64,000 nt of DNA, taken from Eledone cirrhosa. Its lineage: Eukaryota. Both the position numbers and the translations under genes were made by a program. Positions 49,660 to 61,321 of this stretch are shown here, piece by piece. The notes under the pieces are model-generated. The model saw only the letters and a list, made by a program, of their open reading frames with translations. It was not told the origin of the DNA and did no database searches. How positions within the stretch are numbered: the stretch's first letter is position 1; the number at the start of each line of letters is the position of its first letter. The DNA is taken from the NCBI GenBank assembly GCA_964016885.1, contig OZ024742.1:338520001-338584000 (forward strand), read 5' to 3'.

Positions 49660-50195
49660 TGGACCACTGGTGATCCGAGTGAAAATTTTAGTGGTCCACA
49701 GAAAGATTTGGACATTATTTGCAATTTTTATGTTTTATTAATAATTGTTTCTACGTTAGGCACAAGGCCAGCAATTACCCAGTGCATTACTGGTACTTTA
49801 TTTTATCGACCCCGTAAGGATGAAAGGCAAAGTCAACCTCGGCGGGATTTGAACTCAGATCGTAAAGGGACTTAACTATGCTGGAAAGCATGGCGTCCGA
49901 CCCTCTACCGATACTAAAACAAAAATAATATTCGGTTAAAATATATTTTATAACCCAACTAAAAAATGTTTCTCCTCAGTAAAGAACTAACATCCAAGAA
50001 AGAATTTTACATATATTTATCATCTATCGACAATATGACATACGAACGCTTCAGTATTGTTTAATAAAATAGAAGTTCCCTGATTATTATTTTACAAATG
50101 TATTTATCTTTTTAAAAAAATTCATATTAATGGTCCGCGAGATTTAAAATAATGAATTTAGTGGTCCGTGAGGCTGGAAAGGTTGGTGACCGCTG
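49660..50195. mobile_element. Probable hAT-type non-autonomous element end, carrying a SINE insertion (49740-49912, minus)
   Basis: Terminal 'aaaggttggtgaccgctg' and repeated 'tagtggtccg/a' subterminal motifs. The other TIR was not found. Confidence 0.45.
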
Positions 50196-50982
50196 ATCTA
50201 AACTATCCTGTCAGGTGGGGGTGGCTTATATGTCAGTGGAGGAGAAAATTGTGTGTATGTCTTCTAGAAAGTCTTAAATATCCTTTTCTACAAATACCTT
50301 TAATGAAGAGTATTAGTAGTTGTTAGAATGATTATAACAAGAATAGCATATTTACTTTATATATACAAAAGGTTTACTTCACTTCAGTCAAAAAGAACAA
50401 TAAACAACTTACCACGAGTTGCGAAGGTTGACAATGTTATTTTGTTGTTGGTTCATGAGGCTGGTGTAGTCTGCGACCAGGAGAGAGAGAGAAGTGTGGT
50501 CTGTAGACCTCTGCGGCCTGAAGGTAGTGGTGAATCTTTCACATAGCTTGTCTGTATCGTGGTGCTCCGATCTCTCTGTCTAAATGTGGAATGATACAGG
50601 CTTTATATACCTGTCGCTTTCTGTCTCCCACCTTGAGGGGATAGCCCGCGCATGAACCTGTCCACACCGAGAAAGGATGGTGACCTAGAATTTGACTTTT
50701 AGGTGTCATCCAGGGTTCAAGGTGTGGACAGATTTTGCTACACAACAATATACATAAATATCAAAACACACACACTGGCATATGACCATACAGACACAAA
50801 CAAACAAGCAGTCTGTTTATCTGGCATTACACCAGAGATCTGATAATTTGGGGTCAGTGACTTGCTACTGAATTTCCTCATGCTCAGCTGTTGGACTTTC
50901 TATGTCTCAGCTCTTGTGTGTATGTATATATATATATATATATATAGGTTTTCGAATCCATATTTAATAAACATTCCATGTT

Positions 50983-51040
50983 ATTCATTCGGACGACTGA
51001 AGACTGATATCTGTCTTCAAGAAACCACTGGTAAATGAAT
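50983..51040 (+). ncRNA. Hammerhead ribozyme with a core substitution (family D)
   Basis: Stem I attcatt/aatgaat, core CGGACGA (U4G), stem II tgaagac/gtcttca, then GAAAC-CACTG-GTA. Confidence 0.6.
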
Positions 51041-51319
51041 TAATTATCTTATCTTGTTTATTACATAACTATATATATATATTTCTTCTGGTGAAGAACT
51101 AGCGTCTTAAACACTAAGACCCTCTTCCTGTTATTTCAAGCATTAAACTAATATATTCCTTCCATATATTATACCTTTTGTTTTGTTATTTCTGAATGAG
51201 TTGGGGTCCAGAACCCAGCAAAACTTAAGTACCTGTTTATGCTACTGTTGTAATTATTTATACTAAACTTGTCCTATGGACTGTGTGCTCTTACTCTTGG
51301 ATATTTCTACCAAACTTTT

Positions 51320-51373
<54 letters not shown>

Positions 51374-51407
51374 CCCATGCTAGCGTGGAAGAACGGACGT
51401 AAAACGG

Positions 51408-51438
<31 letters not shown>

Positions 51439-52263
51439 ATATATATATATATATGTATGAATTCATAGAAAAATGAGAAAACTCATTGCTAGAACAGTGT
51501 TGAAACAGCCAAATGCTGTCAATGACAGCAATGGATAAAATGCCTGAGAGGACAGAGACCAGCGGCCAGTAGCGTGTGTAGAGAGAAACAATCCACATAG
51601 TGGGTGACAGGCAGATAAAATATAGAAAAGTTTGAGAGAGGAGGACGACAAGAAGAAGTGTATTTCTGCATAGAAGCGACTGGAAGGAAATAAAGGCAAT
51701 GTACAAGACAAGTTTACACACACACATCTTCACCCTTATCAGCTTTCAAACCAGCAAAATGGTTTTGCACGATTTAATTGAGAGTACCATTTTAAAATGC
51801 TGGATCGTGCAACAGAAAAATACATGTTTCTGCTGGTATGATGTGTGTGATACAACAAACAGAACAGATAGAAGGATGAAAGAAGTAAAATAAAATAAAA
51901 TAACGGGATAGTGGACCTCAAGCTGTGGCGTCTGTCCTATATAGAAAGCTAACCATAGATATGATTAAGTTAAATGAATAAACATTGTTGTCCCTGATCG
52001 AGATGAAATGTGAGCATATTTGAATTCATAGAAAAATGAGAAAACTTTATTTCTATGAGAAAACCCCATCCCTCTAAACCTTTGAAAATCTTGAAACTTG
52101 TGAAATTGGTAAAGTTACAAATTATTGTAAATAAACCTTAAAGATTCCAATTGCATTTCCAACTTGTTTTCCCTATATTTTATATGGTAGTGCGAAAATG
52201 AGCACTCAATGTACAGGGTGTATGTATTAAGAAAAACAATGTAGTTTTTGTTGAATCGCCAGT

Positions 52264-52343
52264 CTGAAGAGCAAATCGATAATGGAATCGGGCCCATAAC
52301 TTCTATGGGTGACCCTGTGCCAACCCTCGGCGAAACGCGCGTA
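52264..52343 (+). ncRNA. Candidate hammerhead ribozyme with long stem II (family E)
   Basis: CTGAAGA-GC...GC-GAAAC-GCGC-GTA, palindromic ACGCGCGT stem III, internal cccata/tatggg hairpin. Stem I is weak. Confidence 0.5.
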
Positions 52344-52417
52344 ATATATCGATACACAATAAAAAAAAAAACTAACTACATGTAAACGAAACCTCATCGT
52401 TTTTCTTAATATATATA

Positions 52418-52481
52418 CAGGGTGTTCCAAAAATTGATTAGAATGCTGTTGAAGTGTGTATATATTTTTTGGGACACCCTG
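52418..52481. mobile_element. 64-bp Tc1/mariner-type MITE
   Basis: TIRs cagggtgttccaaaaa/tttttgggacaccctg, flanked by TA. Confidence 0.65.
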
Positions 52482-52859
52482 TATATATATATTTATATAT
52501 ATATTTGGAAATACGGCCATTTAAGTAAACTTATTTGTTAAGTGAGTAATGTTTTTATTTAACACCTTAAATTGTATTTGTTTCTATATGTATATATGTA
52601 TTAAAGCCTGGTTAGTTTCTCAATTGACATCTCTATATATTGTTTAAAATTATTTATATCATGGATGCTCTAAACAAAAGTTTATTGAGCTTTTTCTGAG
52701 AAACATTATCTATACATATTTTATATGTATAGATTTTTTTTTTCGCAATTTGTTCAGAAAGACAAAGATGTCTAAACCATGTATAATAACACAATAATAT
52801 AAATTAATGAACAAAAATGATAAAAGAAAGAAAGAAGAAAGAAAAAAGGTGGGGCGAGG

Positions 52860-53585
52860 CTAATGTGCTGAAAAAACCAGGCACCCAGTAAGGCGAGCTG
52901 CCAGTGAAGACAAGAACTTTGCTGTCAGAGGCCCAACTCCACCGAACGTCTCGAACGCCACAGGCTGGAAAAAATAATTATTTGATAAGTCCTGGTATTT
53001 CCGATTTTTTTTTCGTTCGGTAGCGGAAGCAATGACCCCCGCATTCACCGCGGTGTCCATGATGTAGGAGGGAACAAAAGAGTCACTGACTGTGACATCC
53101 CAGATGAGACAGCTACCTCTCACCCAGGGACAAAGGGTAAGACCGTCTGGTCTCTTCTCATCACTTCTGGATAAACCAGCCGGTTCCAGAACTGTGGGGA
53201 TATTAACCCGAGCACGGGCCCGTTTGACGATCAGGTTTAGGGCTCCCAAACGAAGTGTAATGGAGATGCGGAGTTCGTCCTGACTGAGAATGCTACCAAT
53301 GTTGGCCACAAGCAGGGCATCAATCCAGTCCACCGAGTACTTGCGCTAGCAGAAAGTAAGCGGCACATAGAAAATCGATCGGAAAGATCAAAGAGAGAGT
53401 TGAAAGTTTCCCTCGAACGCAGATTTCCCATGCTCTCTGCTTCCGTCTATCCTCATCAGTAACTGGGACTGATAAACCCAGCTCTCTCCACTGTAGTAAA
53501 GCTTCATCCAACGCCCTGGTGGAACTAGTCCAAGTGGGGAAGGAGAGAATGTCACCTACCAAAGGGGAGAAGGCGTGGATGGAGA
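52860..53585 (-). mobile_element. CRE-like non-LTR retrotransposon 3' fragment (RLE endonuclease)
   Basis: 'LEPAGLSRSDEKRPDGLTLCPWVRGSCLIWDVTVSDSF...KKNRKYQDL...FQPVAFETFGGVG'. Confidence 0.85.
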
Positions 53586-53600
53586 ATCTAAAATTAAATT

Positions 53601-53638
<38 letters not shown>

Positions 53639-53769
53639 GAGGTTATATTTAATTTGTTTGGATACAACAAGCTAAAATATTTTTATAATTGATATAAAGC
53701 ACTCAACAAATTATTGGAGTAAATATACAATATATTAACAAATGGAAACTATATTTATAAAACCATATT

Positions 53770-53835
53770 TATTTTATTATACATATTTCAAGGGTCACCA
53801 AGGCAGATTATGGTGCGCTTTCATCAGATAAAATA
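53770..53835 (-). ncRNA. Minimal type I hammerhead ribozyme (family A)
   Basis: Mirror image of 53990-54055. Confidence 0.8.
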
Positions 53836-53989
53836 CAATACAGATTAGTTTTATAAATAAATATTGACATACCCTGAAAAAATGCAACCTTACCGGTTGG
53901 AGCTTCCTGACTATCCAGGAAGCTCCAACCTTTAAGGTTGCATTTTTTCAGGGTATGTCAATATTTATTTATAAAACTAATCTGTATTG

Positions 53990-54055
53990 TATTTTATCTG
54001 ATGAAAGCGCACCATAATCTGCCTTGGTGGCCCTTGAAATATGTATAATAAAATA
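53990..54055 (+). ncRNA. Minimal type I hammerhead ribozyme (family A)
   Basis: tattttat-CTGATGA-aagcgcacca...tggtggccctt-GAAA-tatgta-ta-ataaaata. Confidence 0.8.
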
Positions 54056-54093
54056 AATATGGTTTTATAAATATAGTTTCCATTTGTTAATAT

Positions 54094-54143
<50 letters not shown>

Positions 54144-54864
54144 ATATATTGAGAAACACACAGATACATGCGGACACATACATATACATGAATATATCCA
54201 CATCCATCCTTGAGTTAATGGTGCCAACCTTAACCGATGTTGCTCTATGAATAACTGGGACAAACCAATCCGAATGGATTAGACTGAACCAGTATCAGAG
54301 CTAAAAGTACATTATGAAGAGAGAAGAAACATTTAGATATAATTAGTAATAAGATGTATCATACCTAAACTGCTTCTAGATTCCTCGACTACGTAGTTTC
54401 GTGGCATAATGAAAAACAATACATCATAGAGATATAGAGCTTTTGTGAGGTCTGCCGACTTATCAAGAGGATACCTCATTTTACTAGCTTCAAAGAACAC
54501 GTCTATAAGATGTGAGATAGAATCCCAAAAGGCGGAGGGGGAGTCAATCACGTGATACAAGGGTCAAGAAACAGAGCTAAGCCCCTTATAACCCTGAAAA
54601 AAATACCACGAAGGCGGAGGGGGTATTTATATCGAGGCCGTAGAAGAGGTGGTTAAGGAGGCAAGAAGTATGAGTAATGGCAGCTTTCCAGCAGTCACTA
54701 CACTTCAAGGATTACTCGACCAGGGGGAGTTATAAACAATATATTGAGAAACACACAGATACATGCGGACACATACATATGCATGAATATATCCACATCC
54801 ATATCTTTTGGGATTCTATCTCACATCTTATAGACGTGTTCTTTGAAGCTAGTAAAATGAGGTA

Positions 54865-54954
54865 TCCTCTTGATAAATCGGCAGACCTCACAAAAGCTCT
54901 ATATCTCTATGATGTATTGTTTTTGATTATGCCACGAAACTACGTAGTCGAGGA
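54865..54954 (+). ncRNA. Hammerhead-like motif with variant core (family F), mirrored at 54382-54471 on the minus strand
   Basis: Stem I tcctc/gagga, core TTGATAA, long stem II closed by ggca/tgcc, then GAAAC-TACGTA-GTC with palindromic ACTACGTAGT. Confidence 0.55.
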
Positions 54955-55020
54955 ATCTAGAAGCAGTTTAGGTATGATACATCTTATTACTAATTATATC
55001 TAAATGTTTCTTCTCTCTTC

Positions 55021-55080
<60 letters not shown>

Positions 55081-55940
55081 ATATACAAGGTATGTTGCAG
55101 ATGTGCATAATATTAAACACATGAATGGTAATCGTATATATGAGGACATGATTGTTAATCGTATATATTTGTATATATATACTGTGAAATTTTTATAACA
55201 CAATGAGTGTATAGCAGTGATTAAGAGAAATCATTTACGTTTTGTATGGCTATATTGTTGGCTTGAGTAAACATAATTTCTATTTTCAGGACGTGCGTAT
55301 CTATATGTATGTATATATACATATATATTTGTATGTCTTAGCATAAAATACTAATCTCTATAGCAAGGGTACATTTTGAACTCAGATTTTGGTATATTGA
55401 TCTCAAGTTTCTAAACTAAACATATGGTCATTATTGAACAATGGTTAATTTCTCATATTATATATCTATGTCCCATTCATGAATATTGATACTTATATTT
55501 ATATTTTTATTATTCATTTCATATAAATTGTTAACTCAACTTAATATGACATGACGTAAAGTTGTCACTGTCCTCCTCTCTCTATATAGTATTTCTCTCT
55601 CTTGAGTTTCTCTTTCTGTATGATGACTTGATATCTCTCTGTTGCTTTCCTTTGTTTTTCTTATTCCTTCCTTTTCTTTCTTTTTTATTTCCTCCTACCT
55701 TTATCTATCTCTTTCTTTTCTCCATACATTTCTCTCTCCGATATTTCTCCAGGTTTTCTTTCTCTTTTCTTTCTCTCTCTCTGTCTTTGTTCTTTTCTCT
55801 TTCTTTCTCTCCGTCTTTTTCTAATTGTGCTTAACACTATGACTTATTATATAAACAATTCACTATCCAGACAGCCTCCAAAAGTAATGGTTGTATTTTA
55901 AAGGGTACGTCAAACCTATTTGTAAAACTGTTATATATTG

Positions 55941-56005
55941 TATTTTATCTGATGAAGGCATACCATAATTTAATATGGTATCCCTGAAATATGTATAATG
56001 AAATA
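55941..56005 (+). ncRNA. Minimal type I hammerhead ribozyme (family A, diverged)
   Basis: tattttat-CTGATGA-aggcataccata...tatggtatccct-GAAA-tatgta-ta-atgaaata. Confidence 0.8.
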
Positions 56006-56044
56006 AATATGGTTTTATAAATATAGTTTCCATTTATTAATATC

Positions 56045-56126
<82 letters not shown>

Positions 56127-56194
56127 ATAATATATATATAATAATATATATATATATATAATGATATATATATATAATATATATATTATATTAT

Positions 56195-56960
56195 ATTGTT
56201 ATACTTGGGGAGGGTCATATTTGTGTAATAGTATTGCCAGAATTAATAACAGAACACACTCACTGTTTGGTTGGTTTTTGCTTGTGTCTTTTATATCGGT
56301 TAATTTAATTTATTCGGTCCTCAATGTTGCCATTGACTGACCAACAGTCAAAAATACAGATACAATATAGACACAAACACATATATATAGTCTATCAAAG
56401 TTCTTTCGTTGCACATCTGCAACATCGTCAGTGGTGCTATTATGTTTCGTCCCATTGTATTGTATGCTTATGCCATCTTTATTTAGTCTGTTTATTTATT
56501 TATTTGTTTATTTTTTTGTCTTCTCTGCGCATGCGTTTGCGTGTGTGTATAGTGTTTTGTTTGATGTGTGTTCTTGTTTGGGTGACTGTGTATTGGTTAA
56601 TGTATTCTATCTTAGTTTACTAGTGTGTGTTTATATGTGTTTGTTGTTATTGTGCTTGTGTATGTATTTATTTATTTATTTATTTATACTTCTCTTAGGT
56701 CAGTGTTGTTTGTTTGGGTGTTGTTGTTATTCCATTCATTTTTTCTGTTTAGCCTTGGCCTTCTAAGTTCTATTTCGCTGGCCTCTCTGATTTGCCTATC
56801 TGCTGGGTAATTTCTATGTTTAGATATTATTCTAACTTTTATGTTGTCTATGTTACCGTAGTGTTGTTGTCTGGCGTGTTCGTATAGTACTGAACCGTTT
56901 TTTCGTCCCCCAAGTATAACAATATTTGTTTCGACACACGATTTCATATCAAAAACCTCG
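56195..56960 (-). mobile_element. Penelope-like element 3' fragment (GIY-YIG C-terminus + HHR-bearing terminal repeat)
   Basis: ORF 56684-56947 reads 'SVLYEHARQQHYGNIDNIKVRII...RQIREASEI...PRLNRKNE'. HHR at 56393-56436. The terminus 'ttgttatacttggggagggtcat' recurs at ~8697 and ~58638, next to TA/TG microsatellites. Confidence 0.7.
56393..56436 (-). ncRNA. Minimal type I hammerhead ribozyme (family G)
   Basis: Minus strand cacca-CTGACGA-t-gttgca-gatg-tgcaac-GAAA-gaac-tt-tgata. A degenerate relative at ~8793-8840 has GAAA-GATC-TT-tgatg. Confidence 0.65.
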
Positions 56961-56977
56961 CAAAACTAATTCAACGC

Positions 56978-57058
<81 letters not shown>

Positions 57059-57099
57059 CGAAACATAAGTCAATTGCATGAACTCATAATCCTTTATTT

Positions 57100-57155
57100 A
57101 CTGCTATATATATTTCGATGATAGCCATTGAATGGCTATGACCTCATCAGGCAGT
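57100..57155 (-). ncRNA. Minimal type I hammerhead ribozyme (family H)
   Basis: actgc-CTGATGA-ggtcatagcca-ttcaa-tggctatcatc-GAAA-tatata-ta-gcagt. Confidence 0.8.
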
Positions 57156-57274
57156 TAGTCAGTTCTTAGATATGCCAGCTCTGTGTTTATAGTGTTGATG
57201 GTATCAGAGCCTTGGGACATAATACACAATATATTAATAAATGGAAACTATATTTATAAAACCATATTTATTTT

Positions 57275-58489
57275 TATAAGTATGTATACGTACATACATA
57301 TATGTATACCGACGTACAGTAGTATGTATATATATATACATACATGCACACATATATATATGTACGTATAGATTCACCGAACATTTATTATAATGCTCGG
57401 TGTGTTTGTAAACAAACATCCCGAATTAAGCCGTACAGTGTCTAGCAACCATCGTTGCTCATTTGTTCAACACTGACAAAGGAACGCTGTACTAGTTTCA
57501 AGCTTATTAGCTATCGTCAGCAACGTATACCTTCCTACCAGATGATTTAACGTCTGAAAGTATATACTTTCCTTATGCATATTAACTGCTGAGCAGCCTA
57601 ATTTGCATATCGAGTGAGGTAATCGGCCGGGGCACCGAAAACGATAAACGGAAAAAATGAAACGAAATTTCATTTCTCACTCTTAGTACGGCTGTTACTT
57701 AAATGTAAGTATGTATACGTAAATACATATATGTATACAGACGTACAGTAGTATGTATATATATATACATACATGCACACATATATATATGTACATATGG
57801 ATTCACCGCACATTTATGATAATGCTCGGTGTGTTTGTAAACAAACATCCCGAATTAAGCCGTACAGTGTCTAGCAACCATCGTTGCTCATTTGTTCAAC
57901 ACTGACAAAGGAACGTTGTACTAGTTTCAAGCTTATTAGCTATCGTCAGCAACGTATACCTTCCTGCCAGATGATTGAACGTCTGAAAGTATACATACTT
58001 ATATTTAAGTAACAGCCGTACTAAGAGTGAGAAATGAAATTTCGTTTCATTTTTTCCGTTTATCGTTTTCGGTGCCCCGGCTGATTAACTCACTCGATAT
58101 GCAAATTAGGCTGCTCAGCCGTTAATATGCATAAGGAAAGTATATACTTTCAGATGTTCAATCATCTGGCAGGAAGGTATACGTTGCTGACGATAGCTAA
58201 TAAGCTTGTAACTAGTACAGCGTTCCTTTGTCAGTGTTGAACAAATGAGCAACGATGGTTGCTAGACACTGTACAACTTAATTTGGGATGTTTGTTTACA
58301 AACACACCGAGCATTATAATCAATGTTTGGTGAATCCATACGTACATATATATATGTGTGCATGTATGTATATATATATACATACTACTCTACGTCTGTA
58401 TACATATATGTATGTACGTATACATACTTATATTTAAGTAACAGCCGTACTAAGAGTGAGAAATGAAATTTCGTTTCATTTTTTCCGTT
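57275..58489. mobile_element. 429-bp HHR-containing tandem repeat (retrozyme-like): ~1.7 units, then ~1.2 inverted units, 12-bp TSD
   Basis: Units start at 57275 and 57704; the inversion is at ~57990. HHRs at 57484-57526 (-), 57913-57955 (-) and 58181-58223 (+). TSD catatttatttt at 57263-57274 and 58490-58501. Confidence 0.85.
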
Positions 58490-58495
58490 CATATT

Positions 58496-58561
58496 TATTT
58501 TATTATATATATTTCAAGGGCGACCAAGGTAAATTATGGTGCGCTTTCATGAGATAAAATA
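58496..58561 (-). ncRNA. Family A hammerhead with mutated core (CTCATGA)
   Basis: Same stems as 53770-53835. Its downstream flank is displaced to 57225-57274 by the 429-bp repeat insertion. Confidence 0.65.
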
Positions 58562-58576
58562 CAGATTTGTTTTATA

Positions 58577-58613
<37 letters not shown>

Positions 58614-58636
58614 TATATGTATATATATATATATAT

Positions 58637-59717
58637 ATTGTTATACTTTGGGAGGGTCATGTTGCCAATAAGAAACACACACACCAGTTGCTTTCACTTC
58701 AATTTATTATAATAAATTTATAAATTTAGGAATTTATAAATTTCCGGTTGGTTGGTTCCACAACCAGATGATTGTTTATATATTGTCAAAGTTCTTTTTT
58801 TTTTGCTATATATAAATATCTTTAAGTCGTTTGGAAGCCTCGACAATGCAAATGGGTAAATCTCCGGGTAACAAGGTCCGGTGGTGGAAAGAGAGATGTA
58901 AGTGGGTGTACGTTGAGATGCGTGGTGTGTATAAGATGTGTGAGATGTGTAGAATGAAGGGAAGAGTATAAAGGATAAAAATAAAAATAACAACACAAGA
59001 GAGAGTTACCTTGGGAGAGATTTAATAGTCCCTATATATTTCGGATTCACATCCATCAACTGGGGTTTTTTTCCGGGGTGGGGGAAAAGGTTGTCTGTCG
59101 GACAAGTCCGGAACGCGTCTTTCGCTGTTTGTTGTTTTGAATATCTGAGGTATTCGGCAGAGCGCACGTGCGCGAGAAATGGGGTCGGTCGTACAGAGGT
59201 CAGCGGCCGAATGAGGGAGTGGGATGGCGCTAGCTGTCAGTCCATTCTCTGCCTGTTTGTTAAATGTTACTGTGTGTGTGTGTGCGTGTGTTGTTGTCTC
59301 GCTTGAGTGTGTGTGTGTGTTGTTGCCTTGTTCATCTGTATTGGCAGTGTAGTATGTTCGTATGGTGGAATGCTACTGTGTGTGTGTGCGTGTGTGTGTG
59401 TAGTTGTCTCGTTTGCGTGTGTGCGTGTGTTGTGTGTTGTTGCATCGCTTGTTAACTTAAACCAGCCATTTCATTTCGCTTCTCTCTGATCGGTTGTTTA
59501 TTTGCGGTTGCAGTCGTTTGATAAAAAGCGCTTCCTTGATACGTAACGTGCCGACGTTTCTTTCAGTCGCTAGAATTGTGACAATGGGCCTTCCGTCTTT
59601 GTTTCCGCATTTGTCTATGTGTTTTCGGAAAGACGAGGCCCTGGTTTTAGTGTGTTCCTTGATCCGGATGTGCAAAGGTCGAATTGTGCTACTTATGTAG
59701 GTAGCACAATTCGACAT
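58637..59717 (-). mobile_element. Penelope-like element 3' fragment (GIY-YIG + 3' region)
   Basis: ORF 59457-59717 reads 'CATYISSTIRPLHIRIKEH...LRIKEALFIKRLQPQINNRSE'. The terminus is shared with the 56195 copy. Confidence 0.75.
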
Positions 59718-60889
59718 CCATCTTTGGCTGTGACCTCTTCAGGCAGTCCGAATTAGTGTGGTAGAGACGAGTACACATGTTGTTGAGGTGTATAATTTTG
59801 TCATACTCTGATATGCCCAGTTCCTGGTTGGGTTGTTATTTCACTGAGGAACTGGAATCATATGAATTTAAACAAACGAATTTCAGCGTCAAAGGGCCTC
59901 TTCTCCTCTCATTGGTCAGTTGTTAGAACATTCCTCAGTCAAAAGTCTATAAAAATTCGTTCTGAGGCAAGCCAATCTGTAGTTGTTGTTCTTGTTATTG
60001 TTAGGTACATGTGACCTCTATTCTTATGTTGGTAGTGGTGTTGTTGTTGGAGTCAGCTAAAAAAAATGTGATAAAGTGGTAGAAGGAATAAGATGGTAAA
60101 GGAACAAAATAATCGAATAAAATGTGTGTGTGTTATACCCATCCCAATGTTATAAAGATTTGTAAAGTCAAACTTCCCATTGGTCAGTTTTGAGAGCATT
60201 CCTCAGTCTATAGAAATTCTTTCTGGGGTGAGGCTCTCTGTAGTGTTTGTGTTTGCTATTGTTAAGTACATCTAACCTCTACCCTTATTTTGGTAGTGTT
60301 GTTGGTGTTGTGGTCAGCTTATGTCTTACTGCTGCTGACAATTTAGAAGTATCTGTGTGTGTGTTTCTTCATCCCTCCTGCCACCATCTCCCGTGGTGGT
60401 GGTGGGTTCTGCCATGTATATGAAGAAATAGAAGGCAATAACATGAAGAAAACAGAAAATAAATAATAAATAGAGAATAAATGAAAAAGTAATGAAAAAT
60501 GAATATGGAAAATGAAAAATGAAAAATGAAAATGAAAAGTGAAGAATAAAAATGAAGATTCAAATAAAATAAGATAAAATGTGTGTGTGCTATAACCAAT
60601 CTCAAGGTCAGAAATATGTTGGATAGAGTGGTAGGAGGAACAAGATGGTAAAAGAATAAAAGAATAAAACGAAATAGGATAATCAAATAAAATGTGTGTG
60701 TGTTATAACCAATCTCAACTTAAATATAAATATAAGGTGATAAAGTGAAGAAAACAGAAAACAAATAACAAATGAATAATGAAAAATCAAAAATCAAGTA
60801 AATTAAAATGTGAGTGTTATAAAGATGTTGGCCAAATTATAAAGGCTGTGTCAGAATCAATCTCTAGGCTATCATGGTGTCTGCTCAGC

Positions 60890-61070
60890 CTGGGTTGGTC
60901 CCTATGGCTTGAGGGGAGTTCCCAACCTATGGTGTTGTTACTGCCCATATAGCTTGAGGGAGGTCTGGCCAAGAGGTGTCTACATGTTCTGGAGAAGTCC
61001 CTATATCTTGAGGGGAGTTCACATCTTATTGTGTTGCCACCGTCCATATATCTTGAGGAAGGTCCCGGCC
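60890..61070 (+). repeat. Four degenerate ~45-55-bp direct repeats (cctat..cttgaggggagttc)
   Basis: The 'cttgagg' core recurs at ~60908, 60953, 61008 and 61052. Confidence 0.7.
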
Positions 61071-61079
61071 CTGAGGTGT

Positions 61080-61132
61080 CTGCCTGAAGAGGTCACAGCC
61101 AAAGATGGCTGTCACCGAAATATATATAACAG
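61080..61132 (+). ncRNA. Minimal type I hammerhead ribozyme (family H); truncated inverted copy at 59718-59746
   Basis: ctgc-CTGAAGA-ggtcacagcc-aaagat-ggctgtcacc-GAAA-tatata-ta-acag. Confidence 0.75.
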
Positions 61133-61275
61133 TAATAAACGAAGCCAAATTTTAAACACTTGACTTATTTATTTTATTTTATTTTACATTACTCCGGAGT
61201 AACCAAACCAACCTGCGCACTTCGTCGAGTGCTCCAATCTGCATACTGATGTGTTGGTATACAACCAACATATAC

Positions 61276-61321
<46 letters not shown>

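Noticed and set aside
50321-50746. Possible solo LTR (TG...CA, minus-strand TATA)
   Set aside because: No TSD and no second copy in the window, so it cannot be supported.
54333-55003. Two ORFs sharing 'FWDSISHLIDVFFEASKMRYP...'
   Set aside because: The shared peptide comes from the inverted duplication, with no recognisable domain.
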